DNA of 64,000 nt from an uncultured virus (IMG/VR IMGVR_UViG_3300020469_000045) (taxonomy: Duplodnaviria; Heunggongvirae; Uroviricota; Caudoviricetes), in the IMG/VR virus record IMGVR_UViG_3300020469_000045; one strand, given 5' to 3'. The first letter of the stretch is position 1, and each line of letters begins with the position of its first letter. Of the stretch, positions 1 to 8,239 are shown one piece after another. A program made the translations under genes and the position numbers. The notes under the pieces were generated by a model. The model was given only the letters and a program-made list of their open reading frames with translations. It did not search any database and was not told the DNA's origin.

Positions 1-2
1 TG

Positions 3-296
3 CCAACAGGCGTTACAACTACAGTTTCTTTAGGAGTTGTATCATTAGCAACACAAAATATATTTCAAGTTACAGGATTAGTTGCAACAACACAATTAGG
101 AGATGTAACACCTAAAGGTAATTCTCTTATAGTTGTTTCAGGAATTACAATTACAGTTTCTCTAGGAGATGTAAATGTATGGAGCGATGTAGATGATAAT
201 CAAAATTCAAATTTTAATCCTGTGAATGATTCACAAACTCCTAATTGGAGTACAGTCAGCGATACTCAAAATCCAGATTGGAATGAGGTCGCATAA
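3..296 (+). CDS. Virion/tail structural protein, 5'-truncated; homolog of 57718..58455
   Basis: Open frame PTGVTTTVSLG...QNPDWNEVA* matches the C-terminus of 57718..58455 (QNPNWTDVA). Confidence 0.75.
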   Translation, partial: PTGVTTTVSLGVVSLATQNIFQVTGLVATTQLGDVTPKGNSLIVVSGITITVSLGDVNVWSDVDDNQNSNFNPVNDSQTPNWSTVSDTQNPDWNEVA

Positions 297-311
297 TTAA
301 AGAGGTAAATT

Positions 312-1460
312 ATGCCAAGTTATGATAACGATTTAGTATTAACCGAACTAGCTACTGGTGAAGGTAGTGGTACATGGGGTGATACTACTAATGTAAATTT
401 AGAGTTAATAGGAGAAGCTTTCTCTTATGGCACAGGAGCAACTTTTAACTCTGATGCAAATAAAACTGTGACTGTAGACCAAGCTTCAAATTTATACAGA
501 AGAATGTTTATTGATGTGACATCTTCTGCAACATTATCTGCAACAAGAACTTTAGAAATAAATCCAACTACTATGTCAAAAACCATGGTAATTAAAAATT
601 CTACAAGTGGTAGTCAATCAATAATAATCAAACAAGGTAGTGGAGCTACTGTCACTATAGGTAATGGTTTGTCTAAAATGATTGTTCTTACAGGCTCAGG
701 TTCAGGAGCAGCAGTTATAGATGTTTTAGGCTCTATTGATTTAGGTGCAAACGCTAAAATAAATGGTGGCGGTTTTGGAATAACAGCAGACCAAACAGCA
801 ACCTTTACTAATAAAACTTTAAATGGTCCTGATAACACAATCACAAATTTAGCTGATACAAACATTGGAAGTGGTGCTGCAATAGATGCCTCTAAGATAG
901 CTAATGGTAGTGTTTCAAATACAGAGTTTCAGTATTTAAATGGTGTAACTTCTGCAATACAAACTCAATTAAATGCAGCAGTAACCTTTGCTGTAAATAG
1001 TTGGACAACTTCAAGTGAAGGCGACCAAAGATTTTATTTTACAAATAGCGGTGGAACTAATTATAAAGCAGACGGAAGCCATATTTTTCAAAATGGAGGC
1101 GGCACTAATAGAGCTTCTATTGATATTAGTGGAAATGCAATTTTTTCAGGAGATATTACAGCCTATGGCTCTCCTTCTGATATAGCTTTAAAAGAAAATG
1201 TTGATGTAATAGATAATGCCCTAGAAAAAGTGAATCAATTAAAAGGAATTACTTATGACTTAAAATCAGATGGCAATAGATTGACAGGCTTAGTTGCTCA
1301 AGATTTGCAAGAAGTTTTACCAGAAGCTGTTTACACACATAAAGATATAGAAACCAAAGAAGAACATTTAGCTATAAGATATGGCAATACTGTTGGTCTT
1401 TTAGTTGAGGCAATCAAAGAATTATCAGAAGAAGTTAAAACATTAAAGGAGAAAGATTAA
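312..1460 (+). CDS. Tail fibre protein with C-terminal intramolecular chaperone (peptidase S74-like) domain
   Basis: G/S/T-rich body; C-terminal SDIALKENVDVIDNALEKVNQLKGITYD...GLVAQDLQEVLPEAV...LLVEAIKEL; SD GAGG. Confidence 0.85.
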   Translation: MPSYDNDLVLTELATGEGSGTWGDTTNVNLELIGEAFSYGTGATFNSDANKTVTVDQASNLYRRMFIDVTSSATLSATRTLEINPTTMSKTMVIKNSTSGSQSIIIKQGSGATVTIGNGLSKMIVLTGSGSGAAVIDVLGSIDLGANAKINGGGFGITADQTATFTNKTLNGPDNTITNLADTNIGSGAAIDASKIANGSVSNTEFQYLNGVTSAIQTQLNAAVTFAVNSWTTSSEGDQRFYFTNSGGTNYKADGSHIFQNGGGTNRASIDISGNAIFSGDITAYGSPSDIALKENVDVIDNALEKVNQLKGITYDLKSDGNRLTGLVAQDLQEVLPEAVYTHKDIETKEEHLAIRYGNTVGLLVEAIKELSEEVKTLKEKD

Positions 1461-2107
1461 TGCCTTTTTGTCTAGGAACAACTTTACCTTCATCTGGCTC
1501 TATAAGTTTAAATCAAATCCATGTAGAGTCTGGCGGTACAAGCGGTAGTACAATAAATTTTAATAACCAAAGAATAAGAAACCTTACAGGATTTAAAAAA
1601 AATACGGCAGGAGCTAAAAGTTTTAGTCAATGTCATGGAGCTTATCTTGACGGACACCCGAATACATCTACTCTCAATGGACAAACTGTACTTGCTCGTA
1701 AATGTTGGGACCAACATGTTGGACAAAATCAGAATGGCGTAGGTACAAAAGAAAGAGCATATGCGGCAGGAAACGCTAATGGTGGTTCTAGCTCAGGCGC
1801 ATCTACATCTTATGCTAACAGTACTACTGTAATACAGTATATTGCTATCGCTCTTTGGATAGATGAGGGAGAAGGAGATTATGATTTTGATGGGTGGATT
1901 GCAGCAATAGCTCCGGGTGGAAGTGCAACAATTAGAGCAAATGGCAGCCATACATTTAGCAATTCTAATTTAGCAAAATTAGTTGTTTATGCAAATGGTA
2001 GCGAAGCGTCTTCTTGGGATAGCGAAGGACCTTTTGATGTAGGAACAAACTATGGAGGTAGTAACTTTGGGGGAACTATATATCCTTGGGGTATAACTGT
2101 TGATTAA
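1460..2107 (+). CDS. Putative tail-fibre tip adhesin / receptor-binding protein
   Basis: Follows an S74 fibre gene; N-terminal LPSSGSISLNQIHVE motif shared with 59843 and 54660; Gly-rich variable C-terminus. Confidence 0.6.
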   Translation: MPFCLGTTLPSSGSISLNQIHVESGGTSGSTINFNNQRIRNLTGFKKNTAGAKSFSQCHGAYLDGHPNTSTLNGQTVLARKCWDQHVGQNQNGVGTKERAYAAGNANGGSSSGASTSYANSTTVIQYIAIALWIDEGEGDYDFDGWIAAIAPGGSATIRANGSHTFSNSNLAKLVVYANGSEASSWDSEGPFDVGTNYGGSNFGGTIYPWGITVD

Positions 2108-2655
2108 TGGAAAAGTTATTTTCTGTTGATGCAGATAACTTTGTGGAAAAATTAAATCCTATTACTCAAGCTAGATGGGAAGTTTGGACTAAACGCAGAG
2201 GCGGTTGCCATGAAGATACTCGTTGCATACCTCTTAAGTGGGCAGCAAATAAAGTAAAGTTTGAGCCAAACGAAACTAATGAATTTAATCAAATAGAATA
2301 TCATCAAGAATATATTTTATTTGCTAATGAACTAGATGATATAAATAGAAAGCTAGATAGTATTCATGGACCTGCAAAATTAATTAACGCTGTGTTTATA
2401 AAACTTTTATCAGGTTGTAGTGTTCCAGAACATCAAGATACGCCAAGTGGCAGAGAAAATATTTTTTCTAAAACTAGAAGATATCACATACCAATTATTA
2501 CTAATCCACAGGTTTATATGAAATGTTTAGATACAGACTATTATCTTGAAAAAGGTAATGTTTATGAATTAGAAAATACAAAAAATCATGGCGTTAGAAA
2601 CGAAAGCAAAATGGATAGAATACATTTAGTAATAGATAGATTACCTTACAAATAA
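2107..2655 (+). CDS. Aspartyl/asparaginyl beta-hydroxylase-like 2OG-Fe(II) oxygenase
   Basis: HQD iron ligand, RYHIPIITNP, HGVRNE..DRIHLVID motifs. Confidence 0.8.
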   Translation: MEKLFSVDADNFVEKLNPITQARWEVWTKRRGGCHEDTRCIPLKWAANKVKFEPNETNEFNQIEYHQEYILFANELDDINRKLDSIHGPAKLINAVFIKLLSGCSVPEHQDTPSGRENIFSKTRRYHIPIITNPQVYMKCLDTDYYLEKGNVYELENTKNHGVRNESKMDRIHLVIDRLPYK

Positions 2656-2657
2656 AT

Positions 2658-2834
2658 ATGAAAAACGAAGCACTTAATAAAATACATTCACACGAAAGAG
2701 AATGTTCAATTAGATACGAAAACATAGAGAAAAGACTTGATGAGGGCAATAAAAGGTTTGTTCGAATTGAACTTTTAATATATGGACTATATGCAGGAAT
2801 GGCAACAATAGAAGTTGCTTCAAGAATAATATGA
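2658..2834 (+). CDS. Small coiled-coil protein with C-terminal TM segment (58 aa)
   Basis: MKNEALNKIHSHERECSIRYENIEKRL...; conserved in second copy 60516..60692. Confidence 0.75.
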   Translation: MKNEALNKIHSHERECSIRYENIEKRLDEGNKRFVRIELLIYGLYAGMATIEVASRII

Positions 2835-3010
2835 GAATTTTTTTAACAGAGTTTATTTATAAAGAACAAGTTTATGATGGACCAGACATCATTGCAGAAA
2901 ACAGAGAGATAGCAGAAGAAACTGCTAAAAGAAAAGGAGTCACAGTTATTGGAGAGTTAGACTCTCTTCTAGCAATAGAAGATGACAATATAGAAGTCTC
3001 TATGCACTAA
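2831..3010 (+). CDS. Hypothetical protein (59 aa)
   Basis: MRIFLTEFIYKEQVYDGPDIIAE...; homolog at 60689..60883; ATGA overlap. Confidence 0.75.
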   Translation: MRIFLTEFIYKEQVYDGPDIIAENREIAEETAKRKGVTVIGELDSLLAIEDDNIEVSMH

Positions 3011-3159
3011 TGGACAATGACTTGCTTTTAGGCTTAGGTATTAATCTTTTGTTTTTATTAGGTCTAGTAAGTTTGAAACTGCACGCTGATAGAAGAGTTA
3101 AAAGAAATATGAAAGCTTATTTAAAATATTTAAAAGAAAAAAGGAAATACGATGTATGA
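3010..3159 (+). CDS. Small membrane protein (49 aa)
   Basis: MDNDLLLGLGINLLFLLGLVSLKL...NMKAYLKYLK; homolog at 60880..61035. Confidence 0.65.
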   Translation: MDNDLLLGLGINLLFLLGLVSLKLHADRRVKRNMKAYLKYLKEKRKYDV

Positions 3160-3577
3160 ATATAAATGCACAGTAGATAGAGTTGTTGATGGAGATACTA
3201 TTGATGTAACTCTTGATTTAGGATTTTCTGTCTTACATAAAACTAGAGTAAGGTTATATGGAATAGATACTCCAGAGTCTAGAACTCGTGATAAAGATGA
3301 AAAGGCTAGAGGAAAAATGTCTGCATTATTTTTAAAGATGGCTATAGACGATGCTACTACAGTAGTAATCAGAACAGAGTTAAGAGACTCAAGAGGAAAG
3401 TTTGGTAGAGTATTAGGCACAGTAGTTTGCGATGGAGAAAATGTTAATGAAGCTATGATTGAGGGGTTCTTAGCTGCTAAATACTTTGGTCAAAATAAAG
3501 CTGCAATAGAAGCAGTACATTTAGCTAACAGAACTAAACTTATAGAAATGGGTTTATTTGAGCCAGTTGATGGATGA
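3152..3577 (+). CDS. Thermonuclease (SNase-like) family nuclease
   Basis: VVDGDTID...RVRLYGIDTPES...GKFGRVLG motifs. Confidence 0.85.
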   Translation: MYEYKCTVDRVVDGDTIDVTLDLGFSVLHKTRVRLYGIDTPESRTRDKDEKARGKMSALFLKMAIDDATTVVIRTELRDSRGKFGRVLGTVVCDGENVNEAMIEGFLAAKYFGQNKAAIEAVHLANRTKLIEMGLFEPVDG

Positions 3578-3920
3578 TATTGTACGACTTATAACAGAGT
3601 TAGGTTTTCCAGTAGCTGCAGCATTAGGACTAGGAATTTTTGTATGGAAATTAATTAATAGAATTATTGATGGCATGGAATCTAAGATAGATGTAGTTGA
3701 TGACAAAGTTAATGAACAGTTAAAAGCTATGGAAGGCAGGCTAGATGCAAAGCTAGAAGCACAGCATGGCATATTAATATCATTAATAGATAGAGTTAGA
3801 AGTGTTGATAATGAAATTATTAGACAAGATACTTTATTAAAAACAATGTTAGGAGTTCCTAATTTAGTTCAAAGAGAAAAAATAGCAAAGGCAGAAAGAG
3901 ATGACCAAAGAAAAGATTAA
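3558..3920 (+). CDS. Single-TM protein, holin-like
   Basis: ITELGFPVAAALGLGIFVWKLI TM followed by coiled coil; likely start at the MDDIV Met (~3570). Confidence 0.55.
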   Translation: MSQLMDDIVRLITELGFPVAAALGLGIFVWKLINRIIDGMESKIDVVDDKVNEQLKAMEGRLDAKLEAQHGILISLIDRVRSVDNEIIRQDTLLKTMLGVPNLVQREKIAKAERDDQRKD

Positions 3921-4443
3921 AAGAAAAAGAGGTAGACCCTCTAATGCAGAATTAGCAGAAAGAAAAAAAGCAAAAGACAAAGATTTAGCTTTGATAATAA
4001 GTATGTTTGTTGGAATGTTTCTTATATTTTCTTTATGTATAAATATTGCTTTAGCTAGTGAAATGACATTTAAGTTTAAATCTCCTAGCTTTTCAGGTTT
4101 AAATACTTCGCAACATTATTTAACAATAGAAAATCAAGAGCATACAAGATATAAGACTTTGGAAGAAGAAGTAGAAGCTTTAGTAGAACAAGCTGAAAGA
4201 GATGAACAGAATACGACAACAGCAAGGTTTATAAGAAATTTTGAAACTAGAGTTTATGCTAAATTATCACAACAACTTGTAGAAAAGTTATTTGGTGATA
4301 TTGCACAAGATAATGGAACAATAGAATTAGAAGGGAATACTATTGACTATAAGGTTGATGAAACTAATATAACACTTACAGTTACAAATGAAGCTGATAA
4401 AAAAACAGTTATTACTTTTCCTCTCAATAGTTTTACTTTCTAG
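3901..4443 (+). CDS. csgF: Curli assembly protein CsgF-like, with N-terminal AT-hook-like extension
   Basis: After signal/TM segment, SEMTFKFKSPSFSG resembles the CsgF mature N-terminus (MTFQFRNPNFGG); adjacent to csgG. Confidence 0.8.
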   Translation: MTKEKIKRKRGRPSNAELAERKKAKDKDLALIISMFVGMFLIFSLCINIALASEMTFKFKSPSFSGLNTSQHYLTIENQEHTRYKTLEEEVEALVEQAERDEQNTTTARFIRNFETRVYAKLSQQLVEKLFGDIAQDNGTIELEGNTIDYKVDETNITLTVTNEADKKTVITFPLNSFTF

Positions 4444-5191
4444 CTGTACTTTATTTTATGACGATGCTTTGCCTAATCAAGAGATTTCAAAGTATCCTCA
4501 AAGAATTAGCGTTGTAAATAATAAAATTATTGAAACTCTTCCTGCTAAAACAAAACCTGTAATAGCTGTTTATCCTTCTTCTTTTACAGACCAAACAGGA
4601 CAAAGAAGAAGTAATAATAGTTTTGCAACTTTCAGCACAGCAGTTACACAAGCTCCTTATGTACTGCTAATAAAAACATTAAAAGCAGTTTCAGATGGTA
4701 ATTTTTTTGAAGTTGTTGAAAGAGTTGGTTTAGATAATCTCACAAAAGAAAGACAACTTATTAGAAGCACAAGAGAATCTTTTGATGACCCACAAAAATT
4801 AAAACCTTTAATGTTTGCTGGTTTAATAATGGAAGGCGCAATTATAGGCTATGAAACAAATACAAGAAGCGGTGGAAGAGGAGCTAGATTACTAGGCATT
4901 GGAGCTTCTAAAGAATATAAACAAGATACAGTAACATTATCTTTAAGAACAGTATCAGTATTAACAGGCAGAATATTAATGGAAGTTACAATATCAAAAA
5001 GTATTTTAAGTGTAGGTACAAATCAAGATGGTTTTAGATTTTTACAAAATAGAACCGAACTTATAGAAATAGAAAATGGCGATGTAGAAAATGAAAGCGT
5101 AACGATAGCTTTGCAAGCAGCTATAGAAGAAGCAATATTACAAACCATAGAAAAAGGAATTACAAAAAACTATTGGAGTTATAAAAAATGA
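4388..5191 (+). CDS. csgG: Curli secretion channel CsgG-like lipoprotein
   Basis: Lipobox LLSSC; IAVY..FTDQTGQR..FSTAVTQ..VVERVGLDNLTKERQLIRS..EGAIIGYETN motifs. Confidence 0.9.
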   Translation: MKLIKKQLLLFLSIVLLSSCTLFYDDALPNQEISKYPQRISVVNNKIIETLPAKTKPVIAVYPSSFTDQTGQRRSNNSFATFSTAVTQAPYVLLIKTLKAVSDGNFFEVVERVGLDNLTKERQLIRSTRESFDDPQKLKPLMFAGLIMEGAIIGYETNTRSGGRGARLLGIGASKEYKQDTVTLSLRTVSVLTGRILMEVTISKSILSVGTNQDGFRFLQNRTELIEIENGDVENESVTIALQAAIEEAILQTIEKGITKNYWSYKK

Positions 5192-5895
5192 TAAAAATAT
5201 TACTAGTTATATTTTTGTTTTCAATAAATATTTTTGTTGCAGATAACGAAATATCTATTGACCAAACAGGAGCAACAGCTAATCTTGACATAGAACAATT
5301 AGGTTCTGGTAACTTAATTGGTGGTGCAACTGCAGCAGCAGGTTCTATGACAGCTTTAGATTTAGATGGAGCTACAATGACCTTAGATATAAATCAGTTA
5401 GGAAATTCTAATTTATTTAAAGGTGATATATATGCGGATAGCTATACAGGATTTTTTGAATTTACAGGAGATTCTAATACTTTCAATATACAAACTGACC
5501 CTAACAATACTTATAGCGCAGATAGTTCTAATGTAAATGTACAGGTATCAGGTTCTTCAAACACTTTTACTTATACTCAAGCTACAGCAGCTATGGCTTC
5601 TACGCTTGATTTAGATTGGACAATTAATGGTTCTAATAACACAATAACATCTGCAATAGACCAAGATTTAGCCACTAACTATATGAACATAAGTGGCTCA
5701 GATAACACAGTTACATTTGATGGAGATGGTTATCAAGGTGCATACTTTCATATGACACATACTGGAGGCTCAAGAACAATCAATGTTACACAACAAAGTA
5801 CACTTGATAATGACTGGCTTAAGATTACTTCTGCTGGTTCTAGTGGTACTTTCTGTGTCAATCAAAACGACCAAGGCACAAGCACAAGTTGTTGA
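5188..5895 (+). CDS. Curlin-like beta-repeat secreted protein (CsgA/CsgB-like)
   Basis: Signal peptide; repeats such as IEQLGSGN, INQLGNSN, VSGSSN, INGSNN, ISGSDN; follows csgG. Confidence 0.65.
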   Translation: MIKILLVIFLFSINIFVADNEISIDQTGATANLDIEQLGSGNLIGGATAAAGSMTALDLDGATMTLDINQLGNSNLFKGDIYADSYTGFFEFTGDSNTFNIQTDPNNTYSADSSNVNVQVSGSSNTFTYTQATAAMASTLDLDWTINGSNNTITSAIDQDLATNYMNISGSDNTVTFDGDGYQGAYFHMTHTGGSRTINVTQQSTLDNDWLKITSAGSSGTFCVNQNDQGTSTSC

Positions 5896-6931
5896 TATAG
5901 GAACTGTAGAACAAGTTTCTGGATATGCCAGAATAGAAAGAGATAAGAATTATAATGTAGTTACTGACTTTGGTATTCAGTCTTACGATAAAGCACAAAC
6001 AGAAGCTGGTCGTATGGGAATAAGATTTTTAGATGATACAACTATTAGAATTACTGAACACTCAATGGTTGTTATAGATGAATTTGTTTTTGACCCAAAT
6101 CCAGATAATTCAAAACTAGCTTTAAATTTTATAAAAGGTACAGCAAGATTTACCTCAAGTCTTACAAATAAAATATCAAAAAAAAATATTACCTTAAAAA
6201 CTAATTCAGCTATTGTAGGTATAAGAGGAACTGATTTTACTATTACAGTAGAACCTGATACTGGTAAGAGTTTGTTTATATTATTACCAGATGAAAATGG
6301 GAATCCTTCTGGAGAAATATCTGTAACTACAGCAATAGGAACTGTAATATTAAATAAATCATATCAAGCTACAACAACAAGAGTTTACGAAGCTATGCCT
6401 AGTAAACCTGTAATCTTAGATTTATCTCTAGATTTTATAAACAATATGTTGTTGATTGCACCGCCTGAAGAAGACAAAGAACAAGAAGAAGAACAATCAG
6501 AAAAAAAAGATGATAATAATTTATTAGACTTTGGCGAATTAGATATAGATTATTTAGCAGATGATTCTTTAGATAAAGATGAATTAGAATTTACAGAGCT
6601 TGATTACGATGCTTTAAATGTAAATTTTTTAGAAGACTTATTAGATATAATAACTGAATTAGATATTTTAGATAATGAAAAAGAATTAACACAAACTATA
6701 TCTGCAGTAAATATTGAAGGTACAAACATAGGACAAGACCAAAAAACACAGATAACTACTGTAGTATCTGGTCAAGAAATTAAACTAACTAGAGATGTTG
6801 CACAATCTACATCTATACAAATAGATAGCGGTGAAAGTTATTTAGTTGTTTTAGAACAAGATGGAGTAATGAATCAAGTAAAAGTGAATGGCGGAGGGTC
6901 ATCAGTAATAGTTATAAAACAAAGTCAATGA
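5783..6931 (+). CDS. FecR-domain secreted protein
   Basis: Signal peptide; IRFLDDTTIRITEHS...GTARF...TNSAIVGIRGTDF FecR-type motifs; acidic C-terminal half. Confidence 0.8.
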   Translation: MLHNKVHLIMTGLRLLLLVLVVLSVSIKTTKAQAQVVDIGTVEQVSGYARIERDKNYNVVTDFGIQSYDKAQTEAGRMGIRFLDDTTIRITEHSMVVIDEFVFDPNPDNSKLALNFIKGTARFTSSLTNKISKKNITLKTNSAIVGIRGTDFTITVEPDTGKSLFILLPDENGNPSGEISVTTAIGTVILNKSYQATTTRVYEAMPSKPVILDLSLDFINNMLLIAPPEEDKEQEEEQSEKKDDNNLLDFGELDIDYLADDSLDKDELEFTELDYDALNVNFLEDLLDIITELDILDNEKELTQTISAVNIEGTNIGQDQKTQITTVVSGQEIKLTRDVAQSTSIQIDSGESYLVVLEQDGVMNQVKVNGGGSSVIVIKQSQ

Positions 6932-7119
6932 AAAAAATATTTTTAACAATTTTAATTACAATCTCTACAGTAAGCTGTGCAAAAACAATAATAGCTTACG
7001 ATGAAGAATTAAAGCATTTTGTAACAAAAAAAGGTAAAGAAGTAAAAGGTACTATAATTGTAAATAAAGGAGATACCTGTCAAGTTGTAGATAATATTTT
7101 TGTGGTTTGCAGTCAATGA
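6928..7119 (+). CDS. Small putative lipoprotein
   Basis: MKKIFLTILITISTVSC signal/lipobox. Confidence 0.6.
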   Translation: MKKIFLTILITISTVSCAKTIIAYDEELKHFVTKKGKEVKGTIIVNKGDTCQVVDNIFVVCSQ

Positions 7120-7508
7120 GTAAAATTTTATTAGGTGTAATAGCAGTTTTGATTTCTATATGTGGATTTTTGTATTGGCAAAATTCTTCTTTGCAATCTT
7201 TAAATAAAGCTTATGAGCTAAGAAATCAAGAACAAAAAGAAGCTATTGAAAGTATGCAACAAGATTTTGAAATGCAAACAAAAGGATTAGTAGAACTACA
7301 ATCCAGAAATCAAGAGATTCAACAAGAAATGAATAGGTATCTTGATATTTTTAAACGACATAATCTTAGCAAGTTAGCAGCAGCTAAACCGGGGTTAATA
7401 GAAAAGAGGGTAAACAATGGAACTAAAGAAGTATTTAATGGCATTGAAGCAGATAGTCGTATCATTGATAGTCTTGATGACGGCTTACAGTTGCAGTCTA
7501 ATCCCTAA
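7107..7508 (+). CDS. Putative i-spanin (Rz-like)
   Basis: N-terminal TM plus coiled coil, overlapping a downstream lipoprotein, next to endolysin. Confidence 0.6.
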   Translation: MQSMSKILLGVIAVLISICGFLYWQNSSLQSLNKAYELRNQEQKEAIESMQQDFEMQTKGLVELQSRNQEIQQEMNRYLDIFKRHNLSKLAAAKPGLIEKRVNNGTKEVFNGIEADSRIIDSLDDGLQLQSNP

Positions 7509-7791
7509 ACAAGTAGATGTAATTAGTAAACCTTTAAAAAGAACAATAGCTCAACCGGTCATGCCGAGAGAGATAAATCTTAATGAGCCATATTGGTTTG
7601 TAGTTTCTGAACTTAATGTAGATGAATTTTTAAAAAGAGTTAAAAAAGAAGAAGGTCGAATAGTCTTTGTAGCAATGTCAATTCCTGACTATGAATTGAT
7701 GTCTTACAATATGCAAGAACTAAAGAGGTATATAAATGAACTTAAAGAAGTGGTGGTCTACTATAGAAAAGTCACTACCTATGAGGAGTAA
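7417..7791 (+). CDS. Putative o-spanin (Rz1-like lipoprotein)
   Basis: Lipobox-like LMTAYSC, Pro-rich, overlaps the preceding gene. Confidence 0.55.
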   Translation: MELKKYLMALKQIVVSLIVLMTAYSCSLIPKQVDVISKPLKRTIAQPVMPREINLNEPYWFVVSELNVDEFLKRVKKEEGRIVFVAMSIPDYELMSYNMQELKRYINELKEVVVYYRKVTTYEE

Positions 7792-7795
7792 GAAA

Positions 7796-8239
7796 ATGAA
7801 AATATCTAAAGAGGGTATTGCCCTTATAAAGAAGTTTGAAGGCTTAGAACTTACAGCATATCAAGATAGTGTTGGAGTTTGGACTATAGGTTGGGGTCAT
7901 ACTAAAGAAGTATTTGAAGGCATGGAAATATCTAAAGAAGAAGCAGAAGCATTTTTAGAAATAGAACTTGAAGAATTTGAAAGCTATGTAGAAGATTTAG
8001 TAGATGTAGAATTAGAACAATGTCAGTTTGATGCACTAGTATGTTGGACATATAACTTAGGACCAACAAATTTATCTAGTTCTACAATGCTTAAAGTTTT
8101 AAATAAAGGTATGTATGAAGAAGTTCCATATCAAATTAAAAGATGGAATAAAGCAGGAGGAGAAGTGCTTAACGGATTAGTAAGAAGGCGAGAAGCAGAA
8201 GCTCTTTTATTTCAAGGAGAGCAATGGCATGAGGTATAA
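7796..8239 (+). CDS. Endolysin, GH24 phage lysozyme
   Basis: IKKFEGLELTAYQDSVGVWTIGWGHT...QFDALV...GLVRRREAE; SD GAGGAG before ATG 7796. Confidence 0.95.
   Translation: MKISKEGIALIKKFEGLELTAYQDSVGVWTIGWGHTKEVFEGMEISKEEAEAFLEIELEEFESYVEDLVDVELEQCQFDALVCWTYNLGPTNLSSSTMLKVLNKGMYEEVPYQIKRWNKAGGEVLNGLVRRREAEALLFQGEQWHEV

Noticed and set aside
312..2107. Diversity-generating retroelement acting on fibres/adhesins
   Set aside because: No reverse transcriptase ORF and no TR/VR pair with adenine-specific differences was seen
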